Source of the DNA: Felis catus
Taxonomy: Eukaryota
Length of the DNA: 64,000 bases
Assembly: GCF_018350175.1 (NCBI RefSeq)
Contig: NC_058368.1
Location: 38,628,001-38,692,000, forward strand
Direction: 5' to 3'
In this document: in pieces, positions 25,190 to 38,632 of the stretch
Numbering within the stretch: position 1 is the stretch's first letter
How the letters are laid out: each line of letters starts with the position of its first letter
Made by a program: the position numbers and the translations under genes
Notes under the pieces: generated by a model
The model's input: the letters and a program-made list of their open reading frames with translations, nothing else
Databases searched by the model: none
Told to the model about the DNA's origin: nothing

Positions 25190-26560
25190 ATTTATTTATT
25201 CAGCATATTTACTGAGTCCTATTACATGGCAGGCATTATTCCTAAGAGGCAAAGATACAGTGATAACCCAGAGAGCCAAAGCTTTTACTCTTATTTTATT
25301 GGGAAGTGCAGAAATCAGCAAATAAAATAGGTATGTAAACATATAAAGTAGTTATAAATGCCATGAAAAATAAAGGCAATAGATTCAATGAAGTGGCATT
25401 TTAATACTGTGATTAAGGAAGGTCTCAATAGAGAACTAGTGACCCCATGCAGGGAACAACGAATGTGATGACTCTAAAACAGGAACTAGCTTTGTGTTTT
25501 TAAAACATGATGGGGCGCCTGGGTGGCGCAGTCGGTTAAGCATCCGACTTCAGCCAGGTCACGATCTCGCGGTCCGGGAGTTCGAGCCCCGCGTCAGGCT
25601 CTGGGCTGATGGCTCAGAGCCTGGAGCCTGTTTCCGATTCTGTGTCTCCCTCTCTCTCTGCCCCTCCCCCGTTCATGCTCTGTCTCTCTCTGTCCCAAAA
25701 ATAAATAAACGTTGAAAAAAAAAAACATGCAAGAATATCAGGATAGCTGGAAAGGAACAAGCGGGTAGATAGAATGGTGTGTGCTGAGTAGTTCACAGTT
25801 ACGGGAAGGGCTCTTGTTACCTATGACCTCTTCTTCCATAGAAAACATTGTGTTAGTGAAATGAGAAGCAGTCACTGTGGGGAGTGAGGGGGTGGGCAGA
25901 GTGTGACTAGGAAGCAATAAAATCTGATTATTGTTTTCATACTATTATTTGCGGAGGAAATTTTGCTGTAAAAACCATAAAGGAGGATTATATGTTAGAA
26001 GGTAGTTTGGAGAGAGAAATGAGCTGTTTCAAGGAGAGATTCCAGAAGACTCTAAAATGGAGATATTTGATCAGAATCCTGAATGAAGCAAGGGAGCATA
26101 TCATGTGGAGATCTCTGGGAGGGATATTCTAGGTAGCTGCTTCTGAGGAATAGCAAAATTCCGGTTTGGCCTGAATCGAGGGTCTAATGGGAAAAATAAA
26201 AGGCAATAATTTTGGAGAAAGAGATGTAAGGCAGGTCATATAGTGCCTTTTAGCCCACAGTCAAGTTGTTGAGATTTTTTGGGACAGATTTGGAGGTTGT
26301 TAAACAGGAGAGTGACATGCTTTGTCTTTTGCTGAGAGTATGATACCATTTCACCTAGGTGATTTTCACTGCCAGGTAGCAAATAGTTTTTAGAAGGAAA
26401 CAGGGGAAGCGGGAATATCACTTCTGAAAATTTTGCAGGACTCTGGTTGAGAGATGGTGGGCGCAAAGTCATAATAGCTCTGCATAGTGGGCAATTTGGG
26501 ATAAGTTTTATGTTAGGTACAGAGAACATGAAAACAGTTTGCATGTTGAGTTAGAGGAGT
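25190..26560 (-). mobile_element. LINE-2 fragments
   Basis: atttattcagcatatttactgagtcctattacatggcaggca L2 tail and later L2-like body segments. Confidence 0.7.
25512..25721 (+). mobile_element. Young felid SINE (SINEC_Fc)
   Basis: CpG-intact; flanking aaaacatg at 25502-25509 and 25722-25729. Confidence 0.96.
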
Positions 26561-27431
26561 TGAGGCAACTCTTTTTAATAGGATCTTAATATTCTCTTTC
26601 AACCACTAATTTACAGATTTGTGGTCATCATGTTTTTTTTGTTTCCATTTAATCTTTTTCCTCTGTCGAGCCTCAGGATGAAAGGAAAAACAACACATGA
26701 CCCCTCTCTCATGCTTGCCCTCGTTTCCCACTGTGTTATTTTTTTCTACTCAGATGTACATATACACTACGGTACATAATTATACATTTTTGTGTGAGGA
26801 AAAATAGAACATTCGATGCCTGATGAGCATCACAATAAACTTTTCTCATAAGCAAACTTCCTTACAGTGCCAGACACAAAATGTCAAGGAGTTCTTTAGC
26901 ACTTTTCCACAGACATCAATGTTTCTATTCCCTGCTCAGCAGAGTTCTATATTCAGTGACATTACAAAGTCATTTGAAGGGAAGTTGCCTGGTGAGAGAG
27001 AAGATGATAGTCTTCTTCGTCTTTTAAGTAACTGAAAAATGTTTCAGCGAGACAAATTTCACAGTGTTCTAATTCATTTTTTTTTTCCTTTCTAAGTGTA
27101 AGTCCCCTTCTAAGTGAATATGTGAAGATTGGAAACCCAAGAAATGTCCTGATAACTGCTAGGAAAGAAAGGACATTTTCTCCAATCTTCCAATCTCTCA
27201 TTAAAGATACTGAGTATTGAGAGAGGATGTGTAAATCATGTAGGGCAAAGTGGTTGATTTTGTTTTACCTAGTAAAACAAAATAAACTGTCTCTCCCCCG
27301 TTCCTATGTACTTTCAGTTCAGCTAACTCCACTCTCATTTAATCTAGGTCTTGCAGAATAATTAGGGTCTCAAGAAAGGGAGACTGGGGAGGACACACAA
27401 AGAGGCATAAGAAACAGCTCAGAGGAAGTGC

Positions 27432-27966
27432 TGTCAAAGAGAAATCCCACCCAATGGAGTTAAACAGGCAAGGAAGACTTTACTTAAGATTATTGCGTTA
27501 GAGGTTGAGACTCTTGCAATAGAGGAGAGGGACCAAACTCAACTCAACTTGAAACAGAAGGTAGTGTTTGTACTGGTTTTTAAACATTGGGTTGAGCTAA
27601 TAGAAAAGAACTGGAGAGCCCTAGAAAGGAGATTGGTCAGTGTGATTAGGACATCTGTGTTTGCTAATTGGTGCTTAGCAAAGTTAGACTTCTACCTTCC
27701 CACAAAGTCTGGAAAATAGGGGATCTATCTCCTTGAGGATTTCAAAGGGATGGCTTTGTGGTCCTAACTAAAGACATTCATGGGTTGTAATCCTGCAACA
27801 GGCTGGGAGAAGATTTACATTTCAGTGGAGCAGAGAAAGAATTTAAAATCACAAGTTTTTTTTAAGGTAAATGATCTAACAAAAGGGAGGTCAGAGGCCT
27901 ATAGTCAAGAAATAGCTTTTCAGAAGCTTAGTGGAGCTGAGGGGAACATTAAGGATGTCTTGGTCA
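27432..27966 (-). mobile_element. Solo ERV1 LTR (MER67-like)
   Basis: TG...CA ends, exact 4-bp TSD gtgc at 27428-27431 and 27967-27970; minus start tgaccaagacatccttaatgttcccctcagct resembles MER67C/D. Confidence 0.8.
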
Positions 27967-30231
27967 GTGCAGGAGAGAAACATGGCAGTCGAGGTTGATC
28001 TGCAGATTATGAAGTATGAAGACCTTTCTTTTGAAATGGCACACTCATAGTACGATTGTTGGAAAACTTCTCTGGTTTTGATACGGAGGGTAGGTTGAAG
28101 GGCTGAGGAGGAGGACTAAGGCATACATGTGAGGTGGCTACTACATCAGTCATAGCCACCAGTGAATAAAGTCCTGTCATGATGTCAGAAGCCATGCAAT
28201 GAGAGGGTAGATGAGCATAGAATAACTAAATGAAATAAAAGACAGTATTTCTCTATTATCAGTGTCTCTCATCACTGTTTAACTGTTATCTATTTTTATT
28301 TCTGATAGCAACCAAACTTTTGTGTCATTTAAACTGAGTTTTGTTCATGTTGGTTATCCTGCATCTGTTGGTATTTTAAATAGCCACATGGGGCCCATAG
28401 ATTTAACAGACAGATGTCCATCAGTTAAAACAACAGATGAGTAAAACTCTTGAGCCACTGAGTTACTGAAGATTATAATTACCGTGGCATTAGAGTTCCT
28501 AGAGGTTTGTATAATTCCTGTCCGTTCTCTGGATGATGATCTAATGGTTTTACTTCTGACATGAAGGATGCTATTTCTAGTGTTCATGGCAAATTAATTC
28601 ACTAGAGAAAGATGAGTGAGAGTGTACTGCCAGAGGTCATGACTTCCTCTTCTTGGCTGCCATTTAGTCTGTTGTTTCATGTTTTCAGCATAAAGGAAAC
28701 TTCTGCTGGGTTGTGCCAACAGTGCTCTCCTGGGGAACTTAATTGTCTGTGTCTGTCTGCATAACAAACAATACAACTGCAGAAGGTACAAACATTAGAT
28801 ATGTAGAGTGTCACATGACTGCTTAGCTTGGAAGCACATTCAAGAAAGTTCATTTAGGATTCCTAAATGAATAATGTTGTCAATCTTAGTTCACTGTAGG
28901 ATAATTTACTGAGTAGTTTTCATGACACTGAAGAAAAATAGCTGCCATATTTACTCTGATTTACAAACAAACAAACAAACTCTGATTCAAAACCGTTATT
29001 ATTCGAAATTTATTTCACTACCTTTTTATAGTCCACCTGTCTTCTGGAAATATTTTTTTGTCCTTCGATTTCTTTTGAATAAGCAAAGCGACTCAGTGGC
29101 AGCATAAATGTTTCAGGTTAATTTGGGGAAACAAATGAGAGTTATTGGATTAAAGACACATACAAGGGTAGACTATATTTACCTCTAAGTTGGTCATAGT
29201 TAGAACTGGTTTTGCAAAAACTTAATATCTTTTGCCATTCTTAGTTTGATTTTTCTATCGAAATGCATCATCTACATCCTGACCACATTCAGACACATCA
29301 ATACATTGGATGTAATACATTGAAAAACATCTTCTGCTTTATATGTAAGAGTTAAGAAATAAGTTCCAAACATACTGGGGCTAAGAACTGAAAATAAATG
29401 TGAGACCTCAAGATGTAGAATTCTTGACCTTCAGCTCTTGTGACCCGTTATTGATTGCTGAGCTGTCTGTCACGAGAAGACTGAGTGGGACTCAGGCTAG
29501 TCAGAGCAGGTCAGACTTTGATGACACAAACAGCAGTTTTTGTTTACAGAATCTCGTTTTACAAAGACATGTTTCTTCCTAAATTGTGTATAAAACTATT
29601 TTTACTATTTAGGTGTATAACTGAATTGTATATTTGGATTCATTTGGCTCATGTGAGCATGTCGTTTATTGTTTTAGGAAGTAACAGTAAAATGATTCTG
29701 GAGTACCAAATTTATCTAAAAGTTTATGCAGTGATGTAAAGGGCATCCACATGGTCCACATTGTGCTGGTGGTCTTATTAAGAGATTTCTGAGGGAAAGA
29801 ACACATGGAGATTCATTCTTCGTGAATGACTCACATATTCATTCATATAACAAAATGCATATAGTACTATCATGTACCACATAGCAGTTGTAAAGTCAAA
29901 GTTAAGGTAGGCTTAATCCTTGTTCTCATATAACTTCTGTTTAGTATTATATCTGGTAAGCTAGGGGAAAAGAAAAAAAAAACAGTTGACCATCATTTTA
30001 TGGTGATATGCGTTAGGACTCTTCTTATATATCATAAGCACTTATTCTGTTTCAGTAAACTACGGAAAAGTATTCCTTCAAATGCTAAGCCTTTGCTTGA
30101 TTTTCTGCCCCATATTAAAGCAATCAAAATTATGATATTGAAAAAGGACTAAAGTGAATGTCTAGTTATTAAAAGGGATTAAAAAAAGAACTACACTTTC
30201 TCTTTTGAAAATAAATAAACATTAAAAAAAA

Positions 30232-30412
30232 GGGGGGGGGGCACCTAGGTGGCTCAGTCAGTTAATTGATTTTGGCTAAGGCCATGATCTCACAGTTTGT
30301 GGTTCGAGCCCCACATCAGGCTCTGTGCTGACAGCTCAGAGCCTGCTTCAGATTCTCTGACTCCCTCTCTCTCTCTGTCTTTCAATAATAAATAAATAAA
30401 CATTTAAAGAAG
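30232..30412 (+). mobile_element. Can-SINE (cluster member, G-run at head)
   Basis: gcacctaggtggctcagtcag head, body, aataaataaacatt tail. Confidence 0.9.
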
Positions 30413-30432
30413 AAGAAAAAACAAGAGCAACA

Positions 30433-30620
30433 GGGGCACCTGGGTGGCAGAGTCAGTTAGGTGTCTGACTCTTGATTTCGACTCAGGTCATGATATTGAG
30501 GGTAGTGAGATGGAGCCCCACGTCAGGCTCTGCACCAGAGCATGCTTGGGGTTCTCTCTCTCCCTCTCTGCCTCTCCCCCACTCATATTCTCTGTCTATC
30601 TCAAAATAAACATTAAAAAA
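30433..30620 (+). mobile_element. Can-SINE (cluster member)
   Basis: ggggcacctgggtggc head, body, aaaataaacattaaaaaa tail. Confidence 0.9.
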
Positions 30621-31132
30621 TAACTACATATATTCCATGCTCAAATTGTGTTCCAAAGAACAATATTTTCATTAATGAATATTAATGTGTAAAGGTTAAA
30701 TGTTCAGTTCAGAAGCATGTTTATTTTTAGAGTAATTTTTTATGAGTTAAGAGATAATTATATATTCATTAAACCATCATAGGGCATTTTTTTTTTCAGT
30801 CTAAAGTACAAGTAAACAGATTTTTTTCCCCATTGAATTGTTTTAGTACCTTTGTAGTAAATCAAGTTGACTGTATATGTGTGGGCCTATTTCTGCCCTC
30901 TATTATTGTCCATTGGCTGTTTGTCTACACTTTTGCTGGAACTACACTTTTCAGATCACTATAGCTTTGTAGAGGGTCTGGAAATTAGGTAGTGTACGTC
31001 ATCAAATATTATTCTTTTCAAAGTTGTATTTGTCATTCTGAGTCCTTTGCTCTTTCTTATAATTCCTTAGAAGTACCTTGTCAGTTGCTATCACTGTGCT
31101 TGCTACAATTTTGATTGAGATTGCGTGGATTT

Positions 31133-31321
31133 TTTATTTCATTTTATTTATTTATTTTTTACTTCAGAGAGAGGGCAAGTGGGGAGGGACAGAGGGAGAG
31201 AGAGAGAATCTTAAGCAGATTCCATTCCTGGTGTGGACATAGGGCTCAATCCCACAACTCTGGGATCGTGACCTGAGCTGAAATCAAGAGCAGGACACCC
31301 AACCAAGTCACCCAAGCACCC
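31133..31321 (-). mobile_element. Can-SINE
   Basis: Degenerate TSD tgag(a/g)ttgc(g/a)tggattt at 31116-31132 and 31322-31338. Confidence 0.9.
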
Positions 31322-31787
31322 TGAGGTTGCATGGATTTATAGGACAGTTGGGGATAATGACATCTTAATACTATTGAATTTTTCAGTCAATTATTATGAT
31401 ATATGTCCTATTTAAAGCCTCTTTTTTTTTATCATGATTATCTTGTAGTTTACAGTTTATATATCTTGTATACCCATCTTTACATTTATTCATAAGTATT
31501 TTATGTTTTCATATTTTTGCACATGGTATTATTTAAAATTTTCTTTACCAATTATTCATGAGTAATTAATAGAAATACAGTCGATTTTTACATACAGTGA
31601 CATTGCTACATTTACTTGTTATTTCTTGTGGTTCATTTGTAGAGTGCTTGGGACTTTCTATATAGAAACTGAGAATAAAGGTGATTTTATTTTATTTTGT
31701 TTTTAACCTGTATACCTTTGAGGTCATTTTCTTGCCTTTTACTAGCTGGGACTTGAAGTACAAAGTTGAATAGAATTGGTGAGACAA

Positions 31788-32101
31788 TTGGGTTCTGCGT
31801 TGAGCATGGAGCCTGTTTAAGATTCTGTCTTTCTCTTCCCCCTCTGCCCCTCTCTTCTGCTCGCTAGATCTCTCTAAAAAAAAGAAAAAAAATGCCTAGG
31901 GGCACCTGGATGGCTTAGTCAGTTAAGTGTCTGACTCTTGATTTCAGCCCAGGTCATGATATCACTGTTTGTGAGATCCAACCACAGGGCAGATGACAGC
32001 ACGGAGCCTGCTTGTGATTCTCTCTTCCTCTCTCTGTGCACCTCTCGCACATGCGTGTTCGTGCACACGCTCTCTCCCAAAATAAATACACATAAAACAA
32101 A
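31788..32101 (+). mobile_element. 5'-truncated Can-SINE followed by a full Can-SINE (31899-32101) in its tail
   Basis: Shared outer TSD agaa(t/c)tggtgaga at 31772-31784 and 32102-32114. Confidence 0.88.
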
Positions 32102-32987
32102 AGAACTGGTGAGAAGAGATGTCTTTTTCTTCTTCTGGAATATAGGAGGAAAGACTTTGAGCTTTTGCCAGTAAGTATCATGTTAGCTGAGATGTTTTTG
32201 AAGACACCCTTTATCAGATTGAGGAAATTCTCCCTATTTTTACTTTACTAACACTTTGCTTTCACAAATGTGTTGAACATTTTCAGAAGTAACCCTGAAT
32301 TTATTAAGATGAGCACACATTTACTCCTATTTTCTGTACATGTGGTAAATTACATTAATTAATGTTTAGATGTTGATATATTCTTACTTTCTTGAAATAA
32401 ATGCCGCTTGGTCTTTCTGTATTATGACTTTTACATATTGCTGAATTCATTTGCTAATATTCTGTCCATCTATATTCATGAGGGATACTGGTATCTCATG
32501 AACATAGACATTCTTTAAGGTCTAGTGAGATTGGTACTGCCTTATTAGTTTCCAAAAGTGTTTGTGAAAGAGTGATATTATTTCCTTCTTACCTATTTGA
32601 TTAAATTCACCAACATAGTTATTTGGATGTGGTGTTTTCTTTCCAGAGGCTTTTACTTCTGAATTCAAGTTTTTTAAAACAAATTTAGGGCTATTCAAAT
32701 TTTCAGGTTTTTTTCTACTTACATCTGTTTAATAAATATTCTCAAGGCAAGTCTGTTCACTAAATGGTGCTTGAACAAGTGGTTACCAAACAGAAGAAAA
32801 TGAATGTTGACTTCTAATTCATATCTTACATGAAAATGAATTCAATTTGAATCATACATAAACATAAAAAACTATGACCATCAAGCTTCTAGGAAAAACC
32901 AGGAGCAAACATTTTTTTACTGTGGGGTAGGCAAATAATATTTAGACAGGACACAAAAAAATAAGTTTATATAAAGAGAAAATAATA

Positions 32988-33907
32988 GAAAGATGGCAGC
33001 TTAGGAGGACGCTGGGCTCACCGCGCTTCCTGCTGATCACTTAGATTCCACCTACACCTGCCTAAATAACCCAGAAAACCACCAGAGGATTAGCAGAACG
33101 GAGTCACCGGAGCCAAACGCAGACTAGAGGCCCACGGAAGAGGGTAGGAAGGGAGGCGAGGTGGTGCACGCTCCACGGACTGGCGGGAGGAAGCTGGGGC
33201 AGAGGGGCGGATTGCCGGCCAAGCAGAGCCCCCGAGACTGGCTTGCAAAAGCGGAGGGGCCTGACGGACTGTGTTCCCACAACAAGCGCGACTTAGCGTC
33301 TGGGAGGTCATAAGTTAACAGCTCTGCTCGGAAAGCGGGAAGGCTGGAGGACAAAGGGAGGGAGAGCTGCTGAGCCCCCGGACAACAGAGCTCAGTTTGG
33401 TGGGGAACAAAGGCGCTCGCCAGCGCCATCTCCCCCGCCCATCCCCCAGCCAAAATCCCAAAGAGAACCAGTTCCTGCCAGGGAACTTGCTCGCTCCTCG
33501 CAAACACCCAACTCTGTGCTTCTGCGGAGCCAAACCTCCGGCAGCGGATCTGACTCCCTCCCGCTGCCACAGGGCCCCTCCTGAAGAGGATCACCTAAGG
33601 AGAAGCGATCTAAGCCTGCCCCTCCTGCCCCCGTGCACCTTGCCTACCCACCCCAGCTAATACGCCAGATCCCCAGGATCACAAGCCTGGCAGTGTGCAA
33701 GTAGCCCAGACGGGCCACACCACCCCACAGTGAATCCCGCCCCTAGGAGAGGGGAAGAGAAGGCACACACCAGTCTGACTGTGGCCCCAGAGGTGGGCTG
33801 GGGGCAGACATCAGGTCTGACTGCGGCCCCGCCCACCAACTCCAGTTATACACCACAGCACAGGAGAAGTGCCCTGCAGGTCCTCACCACGCCAGGGACT
33901 ATCCAAA
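32988..33907 (+). promoter_or_regulatory. L1 5' UTR internal Pol II promoter / CpG-rich island
   Basis: Longest GC- and CpG-rich stretch in the window; begins aagatggc (YY1-type site of L1 5' ends). Confidence 0.8.
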
Positions 33908-34797
33908 ATGACCAAGCGAAAGAATTCCCCTCAGAAGAATCTCCAGGAAATAACAACAGCTAATGAGCTGATCAAAAAGGATTTAAATAATATAACAGAA
34001 AGTGAATTTAGAATAATAGTCATAAAATTAATCGCTGGGCTTGAAAACAGTATACAGGACAGCAGAGAATCTCTTGCTACAGAGATCAAGGGACTAAGGA
34101 ACAGTCACGAGGAGCTGAAAAATGCTTTAAACGAAATGCATAACAAAATGGAAACCACCACAGCTCGGCTTGAAGAGGCAGAGGAGAGAATAGGTGAACT
34201 AGAAGATAAAGTTATGGAAAAAGAGGAAGCTGAGAAAAAGAGAGATAAAAAAATCCAGGAGTATGAGGGGAAAATTAGAGAACTAAGTGATACACTAAAA
34301 AGAAATAATATACGCATAATTGGTATCCCAGAGGAGGAAGAGGGAAAGGTGGTGAAGGGGTACTTGAAGAAATAATAGCTGAGAACTTCTGTGAACTGGG
34401 GAAGGAAAAAGGCATTGAAATACAAGAGGCACAGAGAACTCTCTTCGGACGTGACTTGAATCGATCTTCTGCATGACATATCATAGTCAAACTGGCAAAA
34501 TACAAGGATAAAGAGAAAATTCTGAAAGCAGCAAGGGGTAAACGTGCCCTCACATATAAAGGGAGACCTATAAGACTCGTGACTGATCTCTCTTTTGAAA
34601 CTTGGCAGGCCAGAAAGAATTGGCACGAGATTTTCAGGGTGCTAGACAGAAAAAATATGCAGCCGAGAATCCTTTATCCAGCAAGTCTGTCATTTAGAAT
34701 AGAAGGAGAGATAAAGGTCTTCCCAAACAAACAAAAACTGAAGGAATTTGTCACCACTAAACCAGCCCTACAAGAGATCCTAAGGGGGACCCTGTGA
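33908..34797 (+). pseudogene. ORF1: L1 ORF1p (coiled-coil RNA-binding protein), disrupted
   Basis: MTKRKNSPQK...RNNIRIIGIPEEE, then a frameshift near 34340 and in-frame TGA at 34474-34476; C-terminal ...QPRILYPASLSF...[11 protein letters not shown]. Confidence 0.93.
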
Positions 34798-34847
34798 GAC
34801 AAAGTCCCAGAGACATCACTACAAGCATAAAACATACAGACATCACA

Positions 34848-37800
34848 ATGACTCTAAACCCGTATCTTTCTATAATAACACCGAATGTAAATGGATTAAA
34901 TGCGCCAACCAAAAGACATAGGGTATCAGAATGGATAAAAAAACAAGACCCATCTATTTGCTGTCTACAAGAGACTCATTTTAGACCTGAGGACACCTTT
35001 AGATTGAGAGTGAGGGGATGGAGAACTATTTATCATGTGACTGGAAGCCAAAAGAAAGCTGGAGTAGCCATACTTATATCAGACAAACTAGACTTTAAAT
35101 TAAAGGCTGTAACAAGAGATGAAGAAGGACATTATATAATAGTTACAGGGTCTCTCCATCAGGAAGAGCTAACAATTATAAATGTCTATGCGCCGAATAC
35201 CGGAGCCCCCAAATATATAAAACAATTACTCATAAACATAAGCAACCTTATTGATAAGAATGTGGTAATTGCAGGGGACTTTAACACCCCACTTACAGAA
35301 ATGGACAGATCATCGAGACACACGGTCAATAAAGAAACAAGGGCCCTGAATGAGACATTGGATCAGATGGACTTGACAGATATATTTAGAACTCTGCATC
35401 CCAAAGCAACAGAATATACTTTCTTCTCGAGTGCACATGGAACATTCTCCAAGATAGATCATATACTGGGTCACAAAACAGCCCTTCATAAGTTTACAAG
35501 AATTGAAATTATACCATGCATACTTTCAGACCACAATGCTATGAAGCTTGAAATCAACCACAGAAAAAAGTCTGGAAAACCTCCAAAGGCATGGAGGTTA
35601 AAGAACACCCTACTAACGAATGAGTGGGTCAACCAGGCAATTAGAGAAGAAATTAAAAAATATATGGAAACAAACGAAAATGAAAATACAACAATCCAAA
35701 TGCTTTGGGACGCAGCGAAGGCAGTCCTGAGAGGAAAATACATTGCAATCCAGGCCTATCTCAAGAAACAAGAAAAATCCCAAATACAAAACTTAACAGC
35801 ACACCTAAAGGAACTAGAAGCAGAACAGCAAAGGCAGCCTAAACCCAGCAGAAGAAGAGAAATAATAAAGATCAGAGCAGAAATAAACAATATAGAATCT
35901 AAAAAAACTGTAGAGCAGATCAACGAAACCAAGAGTTGGTTTTTTGAAAAAATAAACAAAATTGACAAACCTCTAGCCAGGCTTCTCAAAAAGAAAAGGG
36001 AAATGACCCAAATAGATAAAATCATGAATGAAAATGGAATGATTACAACCAATCCCTCAGAGATACAAACAATTATCAGGGAATACTATGAAAAATTATA
36101 TGCCAACAAATTGGACAACCTGGAAGAAATGGACAAATTCCTGAACACCCACACTCTTCCAAAATTCAATCAGGAGGAAATAGAAAGCTTGAACAGACCC
36201 ATAACCAGCGAAGAAATTGAATCGGTTATCCAAAATCTCCCAACAAATAAGAGTCCAGGACCAGATGGCTTCCCAGGGGAGTTCTACCAGACGTTTAAAG
36301 CAGAGATAATACCTATCCTTCTCAAGCTATTCCAAGAAATAGAAAGGGAAGGAAAACTTCCAGACTCATTCTATGAAGCCAGTATTACTTTGATTCCTAA
36401 ACCAGACAGAGACCCAGTCAAAAAAGAGAACTACAGGCCAATATCCCTGATGAATATGGATGTAAAAATTCTCAATAAGATACTAGCAAATCGAATTCAA
36501 CGGCATATAAAAAGAATTATTCACCATGATCAAGTGGGATTCATTCCTGGGATGCAGGGCTGGTTCAACATTCACAAATCAATCAACGTGATACATCACA
36601 TTAACAAAAAAAAAAAAAAAAGAAGAACCATATGATCCTGTCAATCGATGCAGAAAAGGCCTTTGACAAAATCCAGCACCCTTTCTTAATAAAAACCCTT
36701 GAGAAAGTCGGGATAGAAGGAACATACTTAAAGATCATAAAAGCCATTTATGAAAAGCCCACAGCTAACATCATCCTCAACGGGGAAAAACTGAGAGCTC
36801 TTCCCCTGAGATCAGGAACACGACAAGGATGCCCACCCTCACCGCTGCTGTTTAACATAGTGCTGGAAGTTCTAGCATCAGCAATCAGACAACAAAAGGA
36901 AATCAAAGGCATCAAAATTGGCAAAGATGAAGTCAAGCTTTCGCTTTTTGCAGATGACATGATATTATACATGGAAAATCCGATAGACTCCACCAAAAGT
37001 CTGCTAGAACTGATACAGGAATTCAGCAAAGTTGCAGGATACAAAATCAATGTACAGAAATCAGTTGCATTCTTATACACTAACAATGAAGCAACAGAAA
37101 GACAAAGAAACTGATCCCATTCACAATTGCACCAAGAAGCATAAAATACCTAGGAATAAATCTAACCAAAGATGTAAAGGATCTGTATGCTGAAAACTAT
37201 AGAAAGCTTATGAAGGAAATTGCAGAAGATTTAAAGAAATGGAAAGACATTCCGTGCTCATGGATTGGAAAAATAAATATTGTCAAAATGTCAATACTAC
37301 CCAAAGCTATCTACACATTCAATGCAATCCCAATCAAAATTGCACCAGCATTCTTCTCGAAACTAGAACAAGCAATCCTAAAATTCATATGGAACCACAA
37401 AAGGCCCCGAATAGCCAAAGGAATTTTGAAGAAGAAGAGCAAAGCAGGAGGCATCACAATCCCAGACTTTAGCCTCTACTACAAAGCTGTCATCATCAAG
37501 ACAGCATGGTATTGGCACAAAAATAGGCACATAGACCAATGGAATAGAATAGAAACCCCAGAACTAGACCCACAAACGTATGGCCAACTCATCTTTGACA
37601 AAGCAGGAAAGAACATCCAATGGAAAAAAGACAGCCTCTTTAACAAATGGTGCTGGGAGAACTGGACAGCAACATGCAGAAGGTTGAAACTAGACCACTT
37701 TCTCACACCATTCACAAAAATAAACTCAAAATGGATAAAGGACCTGAATGTGAGACAGGAAACCATCAAAACCTTAGAGGAGAAAGCAGGAAAAGACCTC

Positions 37801-38632
37801 TCTGACCTCAGCCGCAGCAATTTCTTACTCGACACATCCCCAAAGGCAAGGGAATTAAAAGCAAAAGTGAATTACTGGGACCTTATGAAGATAAAAAGCT
37901 TCTGCACAGCAAAGGAAACAACCAACAAAACTAAAAGGCAACCAACGGAATGGGAAAAGATATTCGCAAATGACATATCGGACAAAGGGCTAGTATCCAA
38001 ATAACCCAGTGAAGAAATGGGCAGAAAACATGAATAGACACTTCTCTAAAGAAGACATCCGGATGGCCAACAGGCACATGAAAAGATGTTCAGCGTCGCT
38101 CCTTATCAGGGAAATACAAATCAAAACCACACTCAGGTATCACCTCACGCCAGTCAGAGTGGCCAAAATAAACAAATCAGGAGACTATAGATGCTGGAGA
38201 GGATGTGGAGAAACGGGAACCCTCTTGCACTGTTGGTGCTAATGCAAATTTGTGCAGCCGCTCTGGAAAGCAGTGTGGCGGTTCCTCAGAAAATTAAAAA
38301 TAGACCTACCCTATGACCCAGCAATAGCACTGCTAGGAATTTATCCAAGGGATACAGGAGTACTGATGCATAGGGCCTCTTGTACGCCAATGTTCATAGC
38401 AGCACTCTCAACAATAGCCAATTTATGGAAAGAGCCTAAATGTCCATCAACTGATGAATGGATACAGAAATTGTGGTTTATATACACAATGGAATATTAC
38501 GTGGCAATGAGAAAAAATGAAATATGGCCTTTTGTAGCAACATGGATGGAACTGGAGAGTGTGATGCTAAGTGAAATAAGCCATACAGAGAAAGACAGAT
38601 ACCATATGGTTTCACTCTTATGTGGATCCTGA
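34848..38632 (+). pseudogene. ORF2: L1 ORF2p (APE endonuclease, reverse transcriptase, Cys-rich domain), disrupted
   Basis: NVNGLN, CLQETH, GDFNTP, SDHN, YRPISL, QGCP, FADDM motifs; frameshifts at A16 (36606-36621) and near 37105, a deletion near 38000 and TAA at 38240-38242. Confidence 0.96.

Larger units (their letters stand above)
30818..32742 (-). mobile_element. Ancient LINE-1 ORF2 segment, the inverted 5' part of a twin-primed element
   Basis: Antisense ORF2 decay (ccccattgaattg, tatagctttgtag, tatgatgttagctg-like, gctgaattcatttgctaatat). Confidence 0.8.

Noticed and set aside
34105..37835. Antisense ORFs across L1 ORF1 and ORF2
   Set aside because: Shadow ORFs of the L1 coding strand.
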